64,000 nt of DNA from Rubripirellula sp. (GTDB lineage: Bacteria > Planctomycetota > Planctomycetia > Pirellulales > Pirellulaceae). Position numbers and translations under genes: made by a program. The notes beneath the pieces were generated by a model. It made no database searches. It was not told the DNA's origin and saw only the letters and a list, made by a program, of their open reading frames with translations. Where the stretch lies: NCBI GenBank assembly GCA_965216875.1, contig OZ244207.1:2528001-2592000 (forward strand). Reading direction: 5' to 3'. Positions 30,182 to 38,621 of this stretch are shown here, one piece after another (the stretch's first letter is position 1; every line of letters begins with the position of its first letter).

Positions 30182-30862
30182 ATGGACGCACCATCATCGC
30201 GCTATTATCGCATCGATCCGGCTGAACAGTCCGGCACGCCAGCACAGCCGGTTGATCCCGTCGTTCATCTGATTGACGATGATCCCGAAATTCGAACTGC
30301 ACTGGGGCGAGTGCTTGTTCAAGAAGGCATCAAGGTTCGCGAGTACGATTCGCCAACCGACTTTCTTACCGCGTTCGACCCTCATCTCCCGGGATGCTTG
30401 GTCATCGACCTCGAGCTACCCGAAATGAGTGGCCTTGAGCTCCACCAGCGCCTTGTCTCTCGAGGATGTCAGTCGCCCTTCTTGATCATCAGTGGCCATG
30501 GGGAAGTTCCGGACGCGTGTGAAGCGTTCCGAAAAGGCGCGGTCGACTTTATCAGCAAGCCGTTCACATGGGACTTCTTTGTTGGTCGCGTTCGCGAGGC
30601 ACTCCGCAAGGATCATCAATCGCGAGTGCAGCGTCAACGGCGTGAAGATGTCGCGCGTCGGATCGATCGCTTGACCGACCGTGAACGCGAAGTCCTCAAC
30701 CTTGTCCTTCAAGGCCGGCTGACGAAACAGATTGCCAGAGAACTCAATATCGCCATCAAGACCGTCGAGTCGCATCGTAGCAACATCACCAAGAAGCTTG
30801 GCTACGAATCGGTCCTGAAGATGGTCAGCGTGCTCAGCCAACATGATCGCATCGCTGGCTAA
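30182..30862 (+). CDS. FixJ/TtrR-type response regulator (REC and LuxR HTH)
   Basis: IDDD, GCLVID..LPEMSG, ISGHG, GAVDFISKP, LTDREREVL...KQIARELNI..KTVE.HR. Start uncertain (30059 or 30182). Confidence 0.93.
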   Translation: MDAPSSRYYRIDPAEQSGTPAQPVDPVVHLIDDDPEIRTALGRVLVQEGIKVREYDSPTDFLTAFDPHLPGCLVIDLELPEMSGLELHQRLVSRGCQSPFLIISGHGEVPDACEAFRKGAVDFISKPFTWDFFVGRVREALRKDHQSRVQRQRREDVARRIDRLTDREREVLNLVLQGRLTKQIARELNIAIKTVESHRSNITKKLGYESVLKMVSVLSQHDRIAG

Positions 30863-31017
30863 ACTCGCCTGCGTCTTGCATCGCTATCCGACCTATCGCA
30901 ATCCGGAGCTGATGGCTGTGGCGTCAAAGCGGGCGGCTATGCTCACCGTTACAACGCCCAGCTTGGCGTAACATAGCCATCAGCTCTCGATTGCATCCAC
31001 CGCAAGAGCGCACTCCC

Positions 31018-31185
31018 ATAGCTACCTTCGCCAGAAGGTGGAATGTGCATTGTAAGCTGATCTACCCCACCAAGCTCTGGCGAGCGTCGCTACGGTTCAT
31101 CGTTGCGTAGGCCGGATCAAGGAGCGACAGCGACACAGATCCGGCATCTTCAGTTCTCCAACACGCTCTGGCTAGCGTTGCAACG
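31018..31185. repeat. REP mosaic
   Basis: AGCTACCTTCGCCAGAAGGTGG, CTCTGGCGAGCGTCGCTAC, and CGTAGGCCGGATCAAGGAGCGACAGCGACACAGATCCGGCA (31106-31146). Confidence 0.85.
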
Positions 31186-31307
31186 GTGATCAGCCACGCG
31201 ACGCGTGACAGGGTATCATGATCACCCACGGGACCACCTGCGATTCGTTGGTTGTCATGCCCACCATGCCCCACGGGTTCGTCCATCGATCAAGTCAACG
31301 GCGGAAG

Positions 31308-32222
31308 ATGATGAAATTGATTCGCTTGTTTCTTATTGCTTCTTTTATTTCGCTATTCATGTCAGACGCCGGCAACGCCCAGCAACGTGCTCGTTCGCCC
31401 AAAATCCCGGACGATGTCGAAATCGTTCGTGATGTCGTCTTTGGCAAAGGTGGCGACCGTGAATTGAAGCTGCACCTTGCCTTTCCCAAACAACGCGCGG
31501 ACAAACCACTGCCTGTCTACGTCTGGGTGCATGGGGGTGGTTGGCGAAAGGGAAGCAAAGAGAGCGGGATCGGACACTTGGTCCGTATGACGCGCCAAGG
31601 CTATGCAGGGGCCACCATTGAATACCGACTTTCCGGTGAGGCAACGTTCCCGGCGCAGATCGAAGATTGCAAGTGCGCCATTCGTTTCTTGAGAGCACAT
31701 GCCGACAAGTACGGAATCAATCCCGATCGGATCGCCGTCGGCGGCAGTTCCGCTGGAGGTCATCTTGTCGCGTTGCTCGGAACGACCGGCGACGTCAAGG
31801 AACTCGAGGGAAGCGGAGGTTGGCCAGATCAATCGAGTCGTGTCCAAGCGGTCGTCGATCTCTACGGCCCCACCGACTTGGTGAAATTTGTTCAGACATA
31901 CAAGTCGCATGCAAAACCAGATTCGCCCGAATCGCATTTGCTCGGCGGACCTGTACTCGATCATTTGGACCGCGCCAAACGCGCCAACCCCATCACCTAT
32001 GTTGACGCCAGCGCCCCGCCGTTCTTGATCTTTCATGGCAGCGCCGATGGTGTCGTGCCGCCCAACCAAAGTGAGTTGTTGCATGCCGCGTTGGGCAAGG
32101 CTGGCGTCAAGAGCGAGCTACACATCCTTGAGGGTGCTGGCCATGGAGGTCGCGCGTTCGCCGCCCCCGCGGTCCTGCGAAAGCAACATGATTTTTTGAA
32201 GGAAGCGTTCCGTTCGGATTGA
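31308..32222 (+). CDS. Secreted alpha/beta hydrolase (BD-FAE/HSL-like carbohydrate esterase)
   Basis: Signal peptide; VHGGGW, GSSAGGHL, HGSADGVVP, GAGHG. Confidence 0.9.
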   Translation: MMKLIRLFLIASFISLFMSDAGNAQQRARSPKIPDDVEIVRDVVFGKGGDRELKLHLAFPKQRADKPLPVYVWVHGGGWRKGSKESGIGHLVRMTRQGYAGATIEYRLSGEATFPAQIEDCKCAIRFLRAHADKYGINPDRIAVGGSSAGGHLVALLGTTGDVKELEGSGGWPDQSSRVQAVVDLYGPTDLVKFVQTYKSHAKPDSPESHLLGGPVLDHLDRAKRANPITYVDASAPPFLIFHGSADGVVPPNQSELLHAALGKAGVKSELHILEGAGHGGRAFAAPAVLRKQHDFLKEAFRSD

Positions 32223-32316
32223 GTGGAACGCGCCGCTTGTGGATCTCGATCGCGTGCTGCCTACGAGCTTCCCGCATGAGTGCGTCGACTTTTCAGGCAA
32301 ACATGATCCATTTCGA

Positions 32317-35300
32317 TCACCCCAGATGCAGCGCAACTCTTGCCAGTCGAAGCCAACTGGTACCGACCGCATCCATATTCATGTCATAGCCCTTCGTTGG
32401 AATATAGGCTCGCGTGCGGTCAACGATGCGAATCGGAATCGAACTGTGTTTGGCAAGTTGGTCGACACGACGTCGATCGCTGTAGTGCAGAACGATGAAC
32501 CGGGCGTCCGCTGTGATGGCTGCAATCTGCCACGCGGCAGCATCCAATCGCAACTCGGCAAGCTCGAGCATCCGTTTTGCGGGTTCGGGAACCGGTCCAA
32601 ATCGGTCCCGCAGCTCTTCCTGAACTGCTTTGATTTCGTCGCCGCTGTTGATCTTTGCAATCCGTCGGTACAGGTCGATCTTGTGCCTGAGGTCCGGTAC
32701 GTACGATTCGGGCAAGTACGCTTCGATCGGCAAGTCGATATCGACATCGGCTGACAATTTGGGTGGCAGGTTTTGAACCTGACGAACCGCCTCTTCAAGC
32801 AACTGGCAATACATTTCGTAGCCAACCGCAGCGATATGTCCACTCTGCTGACTACCGAGCAAATTGCCGGCACCGCGGATTTCGAGATCGCGCATCGAGA
32901 TCGCGAATCCGGCACCCATCTGGCTGAATTCTTCGATCGCCCTGAGACGCTTCGATGCCTCAGGCGACAAGTGTTTGTGTTGAGCGATCATCAGGTAACA
33001 GTGAGCCTGGTGCTTGTACCGCCCAACGCGGCCTCGCAATTGATGCAAGTCACTCAAGCCATAGCGATCCGCGTCGTCGATCAAAATCGTGTTGGCGTTC
33101 GGAATGTCGAGGCCACTTTCAACAATTGTCGTCGCCAACAACAAGTCGAACTTGTGCTCGATAAAATCGACCATGACTTGCTCGAGTTCGCCTTCGCCCA
33201 TCTGGCCGTGACCGATCCCAATCCGCACTTCGGGAACGATGCTGCGAATCGTGTCGGCGACCTCATGCATGTCGCCGATGCGGTTGTGGACAAAAAAGAT
33301 TTGGCCGCCGCGGTTGAGTTCGCGCACAATCGCGCTGCGGATCACTTGCTCGTCCCAGCGAACGACTTTGGTTTCGACGGCGCGTCGTTCGGCAGGTGGC
33401 GTCTCGAGGTTGCTGATATCACGAACACCGACCAGTGCCATGTGCAGCGTTCGAGGAATCGGCGTCGCTGACAAGGTCAACACATCGACGTTGCTGTGTA
33501 ACGTCTTGAGACGCTCTTTGACGGCGACCCCGAAACGTTGTTCTTCGTCGATGATCACCAAGCCGAGGTTACTGAAGTCGACATCCTTGCTTGCCAGACG
33601 ATGAGTCCCGACGACGATGTCGACTTTGCCGCGTTTGAGATCCTTGACCGCTTCCCGTTGCTCGGCGGCGGTACAGAAGCGGCTGAGTTTTGCGATCTCG
33701 ACCGGAAACTCGGCCATCCGCGTTCGAAAATTGTGATAGTGCTGTTCGGCGAGCACCGTGGTCGGCACAAGCACGGCGACTTGAAACCCGCTGGTCACCG
33801 CTTTGAAAGCCGCTCGCATGGCGACTTCGGTTTTGCCGAAGCCAACGTCACCGCAAATCAACCGGTCGGTCGGCTTGGAAGATTCCATGTCGACCTTGCA
33901 GGCATCGATCGCCGTGACTTGGTCCGGCGTCTCGACGTAGGGGAAACTCGCGTCAAACTGTCGTTGCCACTCGTTGTCGCGGTCGAACGTGATGCCGCGT
34001 CGCGTCGAACGCTCGGCTTGCATCTCGAGCAACTCGCAGGCCATGTCGGTGACAGCACTCTCGGCCGCCTTTCGCTGCTTGACCCACGCTTGTCCGCCGA
34101 TCTTGGCGAGTCGGGGGCGTGTCTTGGTTCCACCCACATAACGCTGGACCAATCCGATCCGCGATGCCGGCACATAAACCTTGGTCCCCCCATCAAACTC
34201 AAGGGTCAAGTGTTCAATGTGCTGGCCATTCTTTTCGATATGTTGCAAGCCGCGGTACAGTGCGATGCCGTGGGAAAGATGCACCACCAAGTCGCCCGGT
34301 TCGAGCTGCATCAGGTTGCCAATCGGCTTCCCTTTGGCTCGCGAGCGACCGCGCCGCACCGGACTGCGGTGGAACAGTTCGGCGCCGGTCAGCACCAAGA
34401 CTTCGGCAGATGCCAACCGAAAGCCACCGCTCAGTTCGGCAACCTCGAGGTGCAACCGACCATGTTTCGCAGCTTCGGTGTCGATCAACAGCTCCGACAA
34501 CCGCTCACTGTCGGCCGCGGTATCGCCAACCAAGATGACTTCGTGACCCGCCGCAACGCTATCGATTCGCGTTCGTGTTTCGTCAAGAGATGATGCAAAG
34601 GCGTCCGCGGTGCTGGTTTGCAAGTCGACGATTTCGCCCTTTGCCCCTTCCGCAAGCGTGGTCGCCGTGACGACGCGATGACCATTGAAACTGGCCATCA
34701 ATTCTTCGAACGAAAGAAACCGATCGCTGCCGGACATGCGTTTGAGCAATGCGTCAGCCGATTGCTTGCAGTCATGTGGGTCGACAAAGACGACAATCGT
34801 GTCTTCGGGCAGGTAGTCGGTGATTGGTCCGAGTGCGGCGTCACGAACCGGTTGCGCGTCGCCATCGCCAAGATCGGCCACTTGTTGGTCAAGCGAGATG
34901 GCGGCGATCTCGACATGCTCAAGCGATTCGATACTCCGTTGACTGCCAAGATCGAACCGTCGGATCGATTCGATTTCGTCGCCAAACCATTCGATGCGGA
35001 TCGGATTGGGCTGGTCTGACGAATAGATGTCGAGCAGACCGCCACGCGTGGCGAATTCGCCTGGAAGTTGAACCGCAGTCGTTGCAACAAAACCCGCTTC
35101 GGCAAGCCAGCGGCGAATCGATTCGGGGTCGATCTCGTCGCCAACGCGAATACTACGCGTCGATTCCGAAAGTTTTTCAGGCGTCGGCACGACTTGCAGC
35201 GCACCGCCGATGTAAGCGGTCACCAACAGCGGCTCTGGCGATTCGCTGTCACGCTGCATCAACTGCTGAAGAACCTGCAGTCGCTCGGCATAGTCGTCGT

Positions 35301-35610
35301 CGCGAACAGCCGCCTGAGTGCCGTCACCGGCCGAGAGGGGCAGCGGGATCGATTGCGACAATCCAAACGCCATTGCGTCGCCAGCCACGATGTCCGCATC
35401 GGCGGCCTGCGGCAAAATCATCAAGACATGCGGGGCGTGCCTGGCAACGGCGGCAGCAAAGACACCGCGAACTGCCCCCCAAACACCAGAAAACGCGAGT
35501 CGATCGCCTGGATCGTGCTCTCGTAGGCGCGCACCGACACCGGCCGATTCGTCCAGCAGACGTGGGACTTCGGTGAGCGTTTTGTCGGTTCGAGTGGTGG
35601 TACTTGCCAA
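32317..35610 (-). CDS. mfd: Transcription-repair coupling factor
   Basis: GDLVVHLSHGIA (RID domain), ETPDQ, GDVGFGKTE, DEEQRFG, SATPIPRTL, QLRGRVGR, DLEIRGAG, TRCF C-terminus. Confidence 0.98.
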   Translation of the reverse strand: MASTTTRTDKTLTEVPRLLDESAGVGARLREHDPGDRLAFSGVWGAVRGVFAAAVARHAPHVLMILPQAADADIVAGDAMAFGLSQSIPLPLSAGDGTQAAVRDDDYAERLQVLQQLMQRDSESPEPLLVTAYIGGALQVVPTPEKLSESTRSIRVGDEIDPESIRRWLAEAGFVATTAVQLPGEFATRGGLLDIYSSDQPNPIRIEWFGDEIESIRRFDLGSQRSIESLEHVEIAAISLDQQVADLGDGDAQPVRDAALGPITDYLPEDTIVVFVDPHDCKQSADALLKRMSGSDRFLSFEELMASFNGHRVVTATTLAEGAKGEIVDLQTSTADAFASSLDETRTRIDSVAAGHEVILVGDTAADSERLSELLIDTEAAKHGRLHLEVAELSGGFRLASAEVLVLTGAELFHRSPVRRGRSRAKGKPIGNLMQLEPGDLVVHLSHGIALYRGLQHIEKNGQHIEHLTLEFDGGTKVYVPASRIGLVQRYVGGTKTRPRLAKIGGQAWVKQRKAAESAVTDMACELLEMQAERSTRRGITFDRDNEWQRQFDASFPYVETPDQVTAIDACKVDMESSKPTDRLICGDVGFGKTEVAMRAAFKAVTSGFQVAVLVPTTVLAEQHYHNFRTRMAEFPVEIAKLSRFCTAAEQREAVKDLKRGKVDIVVGTHRLASKDVDFSNLGLVIIDEEQRFGVAVKERLKTLHSNVDVLTLSATPIPRTLHMALVGVRDISNLETPPAERRAVETKVVRWDEQVIRSAIVRELNRGGQIFFVHNRIGDMHEVADTIRSIVPEVRIGIGHGQMGEGELEQVMVDFIEHKFDLLLATTIVESGLDIPNANTILIDDADRYGLSDLHQLRGRVGRYKHQAHCYLMIAQHKHLSPEASKRLRAIEEFSQMGAGFAISMRDLEIRGAGNLLGSQQSGHIAAVGYEMYCQLLEEAVRQVQNLPPKLSADVDIDLPIEAYLPESYVPDLRHKIDLYRRIAKINSGDEIKAVQEELRDRFGPVPEPAKRMLELAELRLDAAAWQIAAITADARFIVLHYSDRRRVDQLAKHSSIPIRIVDRTRAYIPTKGYDMNMDAVGTSWLRLARVALHLG

Positions 35611-35774
35611 ATCAATGCTGACCGGCGGTGGTACGAATCAGCAAAAAACGTATCGTGATGTCCCGCCAATGGAAACACCACCTTGGCAAAGTTTATGATG
35701 GGCCGCCTAATCACGACCACTTGTAACCCACCTCACACCTCGCTTACCAACCTCAACCACGTCACAAGAACAAC

Positions 35775-36815
35775 ATGAGCATCGGAATCGGAATCGTCGG
35801 CTGCGGCATGATCGCTAATTTTCACGCCAAAGCGATCAAGGACGCCCAAGGAGCCGCATTGGTGGGATGCACCAGCCGCAATCCAGAGGGTGCCGCTGAG
35901 TTTGCCAAAACACACGGCTGCAAGAGCTTCGCGAGCCTCGAGGAAATGTTGGCCGACCCCGAAATTGACGCGATCACCATTTGTTCGCCGAGTGGCGCAC
36001 ACCTTGATCCCGCACTCGCGGCAGCCAAGGCGGGTAAGCACGTGATGGTCGAAAAACCTCTCGAAATCACCACCCAACGGTGTGACCAAATCATCAAGGC
36101 TTGCGAAGAAGCGGGCGTAAAACTGGCCGTCACCTTCCAGAGCCGATTCCATGAATCGAGCCAACTGATGAAAAAAGCAGTCGACGATGGCCGCTTTGGC
36201 ACCGTCACCATGGGCGATGCTTACGTCAAGTGGTATCGCAGCCAAGAGTATTACGACAGCGGCGCGTGGCGCGGCACGTGGTCCCTCGACGGCGGCGGGG
36301 CGCTGATGAACCAAGCGATCCACTCCGTCGATTTGTTGCTTTGGTTGATGGGACCGGTCGATCAAATCAGTGCCATGACCGCCACGATGACACACGAGCG
36401 CATCGAAGTCGAAGATGTCGCCGTCGCCAACCTCAAGTTCAAATCGGGCGCTCTCGGCGTGATCGAAGCAACGACGACGGCCTACCCCGGAGCGCTTAAG
36501 CGGATCGAAGTCAGCGGAGCCAAAGGAACGGCGGTCCTCGAAGAAGAAGACATCCACACCTGGCAATTCGAAGACGAAACCGACGAAGACGCTGCCATAC
36601 GCGAGAGGATGGCAGGAAAGACCGACACCGGTGGTGGTGCGGCCGATCCGGCCGCGATTGGTCACCACGGCCACACGATGGTCTTTGAAGACTTTGTCCA
36701 AGCAATCAACAACGACACGCAACCGCTGATCAATGGCCATGAAGGTCGCCGCAGTGTTGAGGTGATCTGCGCGATCTACGAAAGTGCCAAGACGGGAACA
36801 ATCATCCAGTTGTAG
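35775..36815 (+). CDS. Gfo/Idh/MocA family oxidoreductase
   Basis: GIVGCGMIA, KHVMVEKP, GGGALMNQAIH..D, EVED. Confidence 0.93.
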   Translation: MSIGIGIVGCGMIANFHAKAIKDAQGAALVGCTSRNPEGAAEFAKTHGCKSFASLEEMLADPEIDAITICSPSGAHLDPALAAAKAGKHVMVEKPLEITTQRCDQIIKACEEAGVKLAVTFQSRFHESSQLMKKAVDDGRFGTVTMGDAYVKWYRSQEYYDSGAWRGTWSLDGGGALMNQAIHSVDLLLWLMGPVDQISAMTATMTHERIEVEDVAVANLKFKSGALGVIEATTTAYPGALKRIEVSGAKGTAVLEEEDIHTWQFEDETDEDAAIRERMAGKTDTGGGAADPAAIGHHGHTMVFEDFVQAINNDTQPLINGHEGRRSVEVICAIYESAKTGTIIQL

Positions 36816-36831
36816 TTGGCAGATTGGTTGT

Positions 36832-36881
36832 GGTGCGTGCAAGCACAGCACCCTACATGTAGCGTGTGTGCTTGCACGCAC
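36832..36881. repeat. Back-to-back GTAG-type REP pair
   Basis: GGTGCGTGCAAGCAC.GCACCCTAC-AT-GTAGCGTGTGTGCTTGCACGCAC; same family as 8533. Confidence 0.85.
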
Positions 36882-36902
36882 GACAAGTCTATCTGGCGAT
36901 CG

Positions 36903-37514
36903 TTACCACAGCGTCTTGTTGGCGCGCTGCGGCCACTCGTCATCGTAAGCTTGGCCACCGACTCGATCCCCCGATAGATTCGCGAGGATCTGCCCGGCCG
37001 TTGGTAGTGTTGCGGGGTCGATGTGCTTGTCTGAGTTCCACAAATCACTCCGGACAATCGCGCGAGCACACTGGAAATAGACTTCGTCGACCTTGGCGAC
37101 GATCACACACCGCGGACCTTTACCGTCGACTTCATAGGACGCCAATAATTCCTCATCGACGCTGAGTGTTGCCTTCGCGTTGACGCGCAGCGTGTTTCCG
37201 CATCCTGGCAAAAAGAACAGCAGCGCGATCCGCGGATCACGAACAATGTTCCTTAGCGAATCAACGCGATTGTTGCCGCGCCGATCAGGCAGGTGCAACG
37301 TTTTGTCGTCGACAACACGCACGAATCCTGCAAAGTCACCTCGTGGCGAACAATCGAGTCCTTCCGGCCCGCAAGTCGCCAAGGCGAGGAAAGGGGACGC
37401 ATCGATGTACGTCCGATAGTCGTCGGTAACATGTGCGGTAACCTTAACCGTCGACGTCTCGCCCGGCGCTCCGTAGATCTGTTCAAGTTGTTCAATCGAG
37501 TCAATCGTTGGCAT
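36903..37514 (-). CDS. Pyridoxamine 5'-phosphate oxidase-family flavin-binding protein (MSMEG_1061-like)
   Basis: DCSPRGD..GFV, PDRRGNNR.DSLRNI, TLRVN, YFQCARA..RS.LW. Confidence 0.9.
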   Translation of the reverse strand: MPTIDSIEQLEQIYGAPGETSTVKVTAHVTDDYRTYIDASPFLALATCGPEGLDCSPRGDFAGFVRVVDDKTLHLPDRRGNNRVDSLRNIVRDPRIALLFFLPGCGNTLRVNAKATLSVDEELLASYEVDGKGPRCVIVAKVDEVYFQCARAIVRSDLWNSDKHIDPATLPTAGQILANLSGDRVGGQAYDDEWPQRANKTLW

Positions 37515-37663
37515 AGCTTACGTGTTGCATCGTTGGGCAAAGTGGGTCCGCTATCGAACACCGAGACCAAACATTCTACGCGGGTTCGCACTCAAAACAG
37601 CCGCTATCGTCGACGAATGTTTAGCGGCACGATCAATGCCCCTAAACGCGCCCAATGCACTCA

Positions 37664-37861
37664 GCGTAGGCCGGATCAAGGAGCGACAGCGACGCGGATC
37701 CGGCATCTTCACTCTTCGCAGCCACCTCCGCCAGAAGCTGAATTCCATCGCCACCCCGTATCTAAAACGCACCACGCTCTGGCGAGCGTAACTACCAACG
37801 CACACGGCGTAGGCCGGATCAAGGAGCGACAGCGACGCGGATCCGGCATCTTCACTCTTCG
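37664..37861. repeat. Two identical 55-bp REP copies around another REP pair
   Basis: GCGTAGGCCGGATCAAGGAGCGACAGCGACGCGGATCCGGCATCTTCACTCTTCG at 37664-37718 and 37807-37861; CCACGCTCTGGCGAGCGTAACTAC in between. Confidence 0.9.
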
Positions 37862-37876
37862 TCACGTGTCGCGTTA

Positions 37877-38521
37877 CTAGCCGAGCTCGCCCAACTGCTG
37901 GCGCAGCCTTCGCAGCACTCTGCTTTTGGCCTGCCGAACGGAAGCTGCCGAAATGCCTAGCTCCTCGGCAATCTGAGCTGTGGGCTGGCCAAGCACCGTC
38001 GCTCGCCAAAACGCATCCCAGGTCGTCGATCGAAACTCGACCCGGACCATTGCCATGGCTCGGTGCAGCAGCGCCGCCGTTTCACTGGCTTCACTGGGGG
38101 CCTCATCGGGCAAGAGCGGATCGGCCACTTCGGCAAGGTAGCGCATTGCCGTGGAACCACCGCGACCATCGGTTTCCGCACTGGCCGCGCGAAAGTGGTC
38201 TCGAATCTTGTTCTTCGTGATCATCCAAACCCAACCGCGAAATCCGGCCGTTTCGTGGCGATATTCAAAACGATCGATCGATCGATGAATCGCTAAGAAC
38301 ACGTCCTGCAACACATCAGGGATTCGATGCTCAGGGACCTGACATTGCAAACACCACGACCGAGCAAGCGGTGCATAAAGATCCACGAGCCGCTGCCACG
38401 CGTCATCGCTACCGCCGCGCAGCTCACACAACAGACTTTCGCTTGATCCATGTTCCTGAGCGTTTGCGGTCGATTCCAACGTGTTTTTCTCGGTTTGAGG
38501 CGTGCACACAGTATGCACCAT
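37877..38521 (-). CDS. ECF RNA polymerase sigma factor
   Basis: AWQRLVDLYAPL, DVLQDVF, FRGWVWMITKNKIRDHFR, sigma4 IAEELGIS..SV..AKSRVL. Start 38521 or TTG 38479. Confidence 0.93.
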   Translation of the reverse strand: MVHTVCTPQTEKNTLESTANAQEHGSSESLLCELRGGSDDAWQRLVDLYAPLARSWCLQCQVPEHRIPDVLQDVFLAIHRSIDRFEYRHETAGFRGWVWMITKNKIRDHFRAASAETDGRGGSTAMRYLAEVADPLLPDEAPSEASETAALLHRAMAMVRVEFRSTTWDAFWRATVLGQPTAQIAEELGISAASVRQAKSRVLRRLRQQLGELG

Positions 38522-38621
38522 TTTTTTGTCACACGTCGCCGTTGTTACGTCTGGCGAGAATTAGACCCGCCCTGCGACAACCCCTTTTCCTCCGAACGTC
38601 CATTACCGTCGAGAGACAGGC

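Noticed and set aside
32773..35576. Long plus-strand ORFs antisense to mfd (also antisense to guaB, secDF, korA and the Gfo genes)
   Set aside because: These are shadow ORFs expected from GC-rich codon bias; no motifs, and fully overlapping confident genes.
37664..37861. Identical 55-bp direct repeats as a possible CRISPR array
   Set aside because: Only two copies; the spacer is itself made of REP elements; the same repeat is dispersed across the window; no cas genes.
37293..38009. ORFs spanning the REP cluster as small proteins or a transposase
   Set aside because: They are translations of repeats with no HUH/Y1 or DDE motifs.
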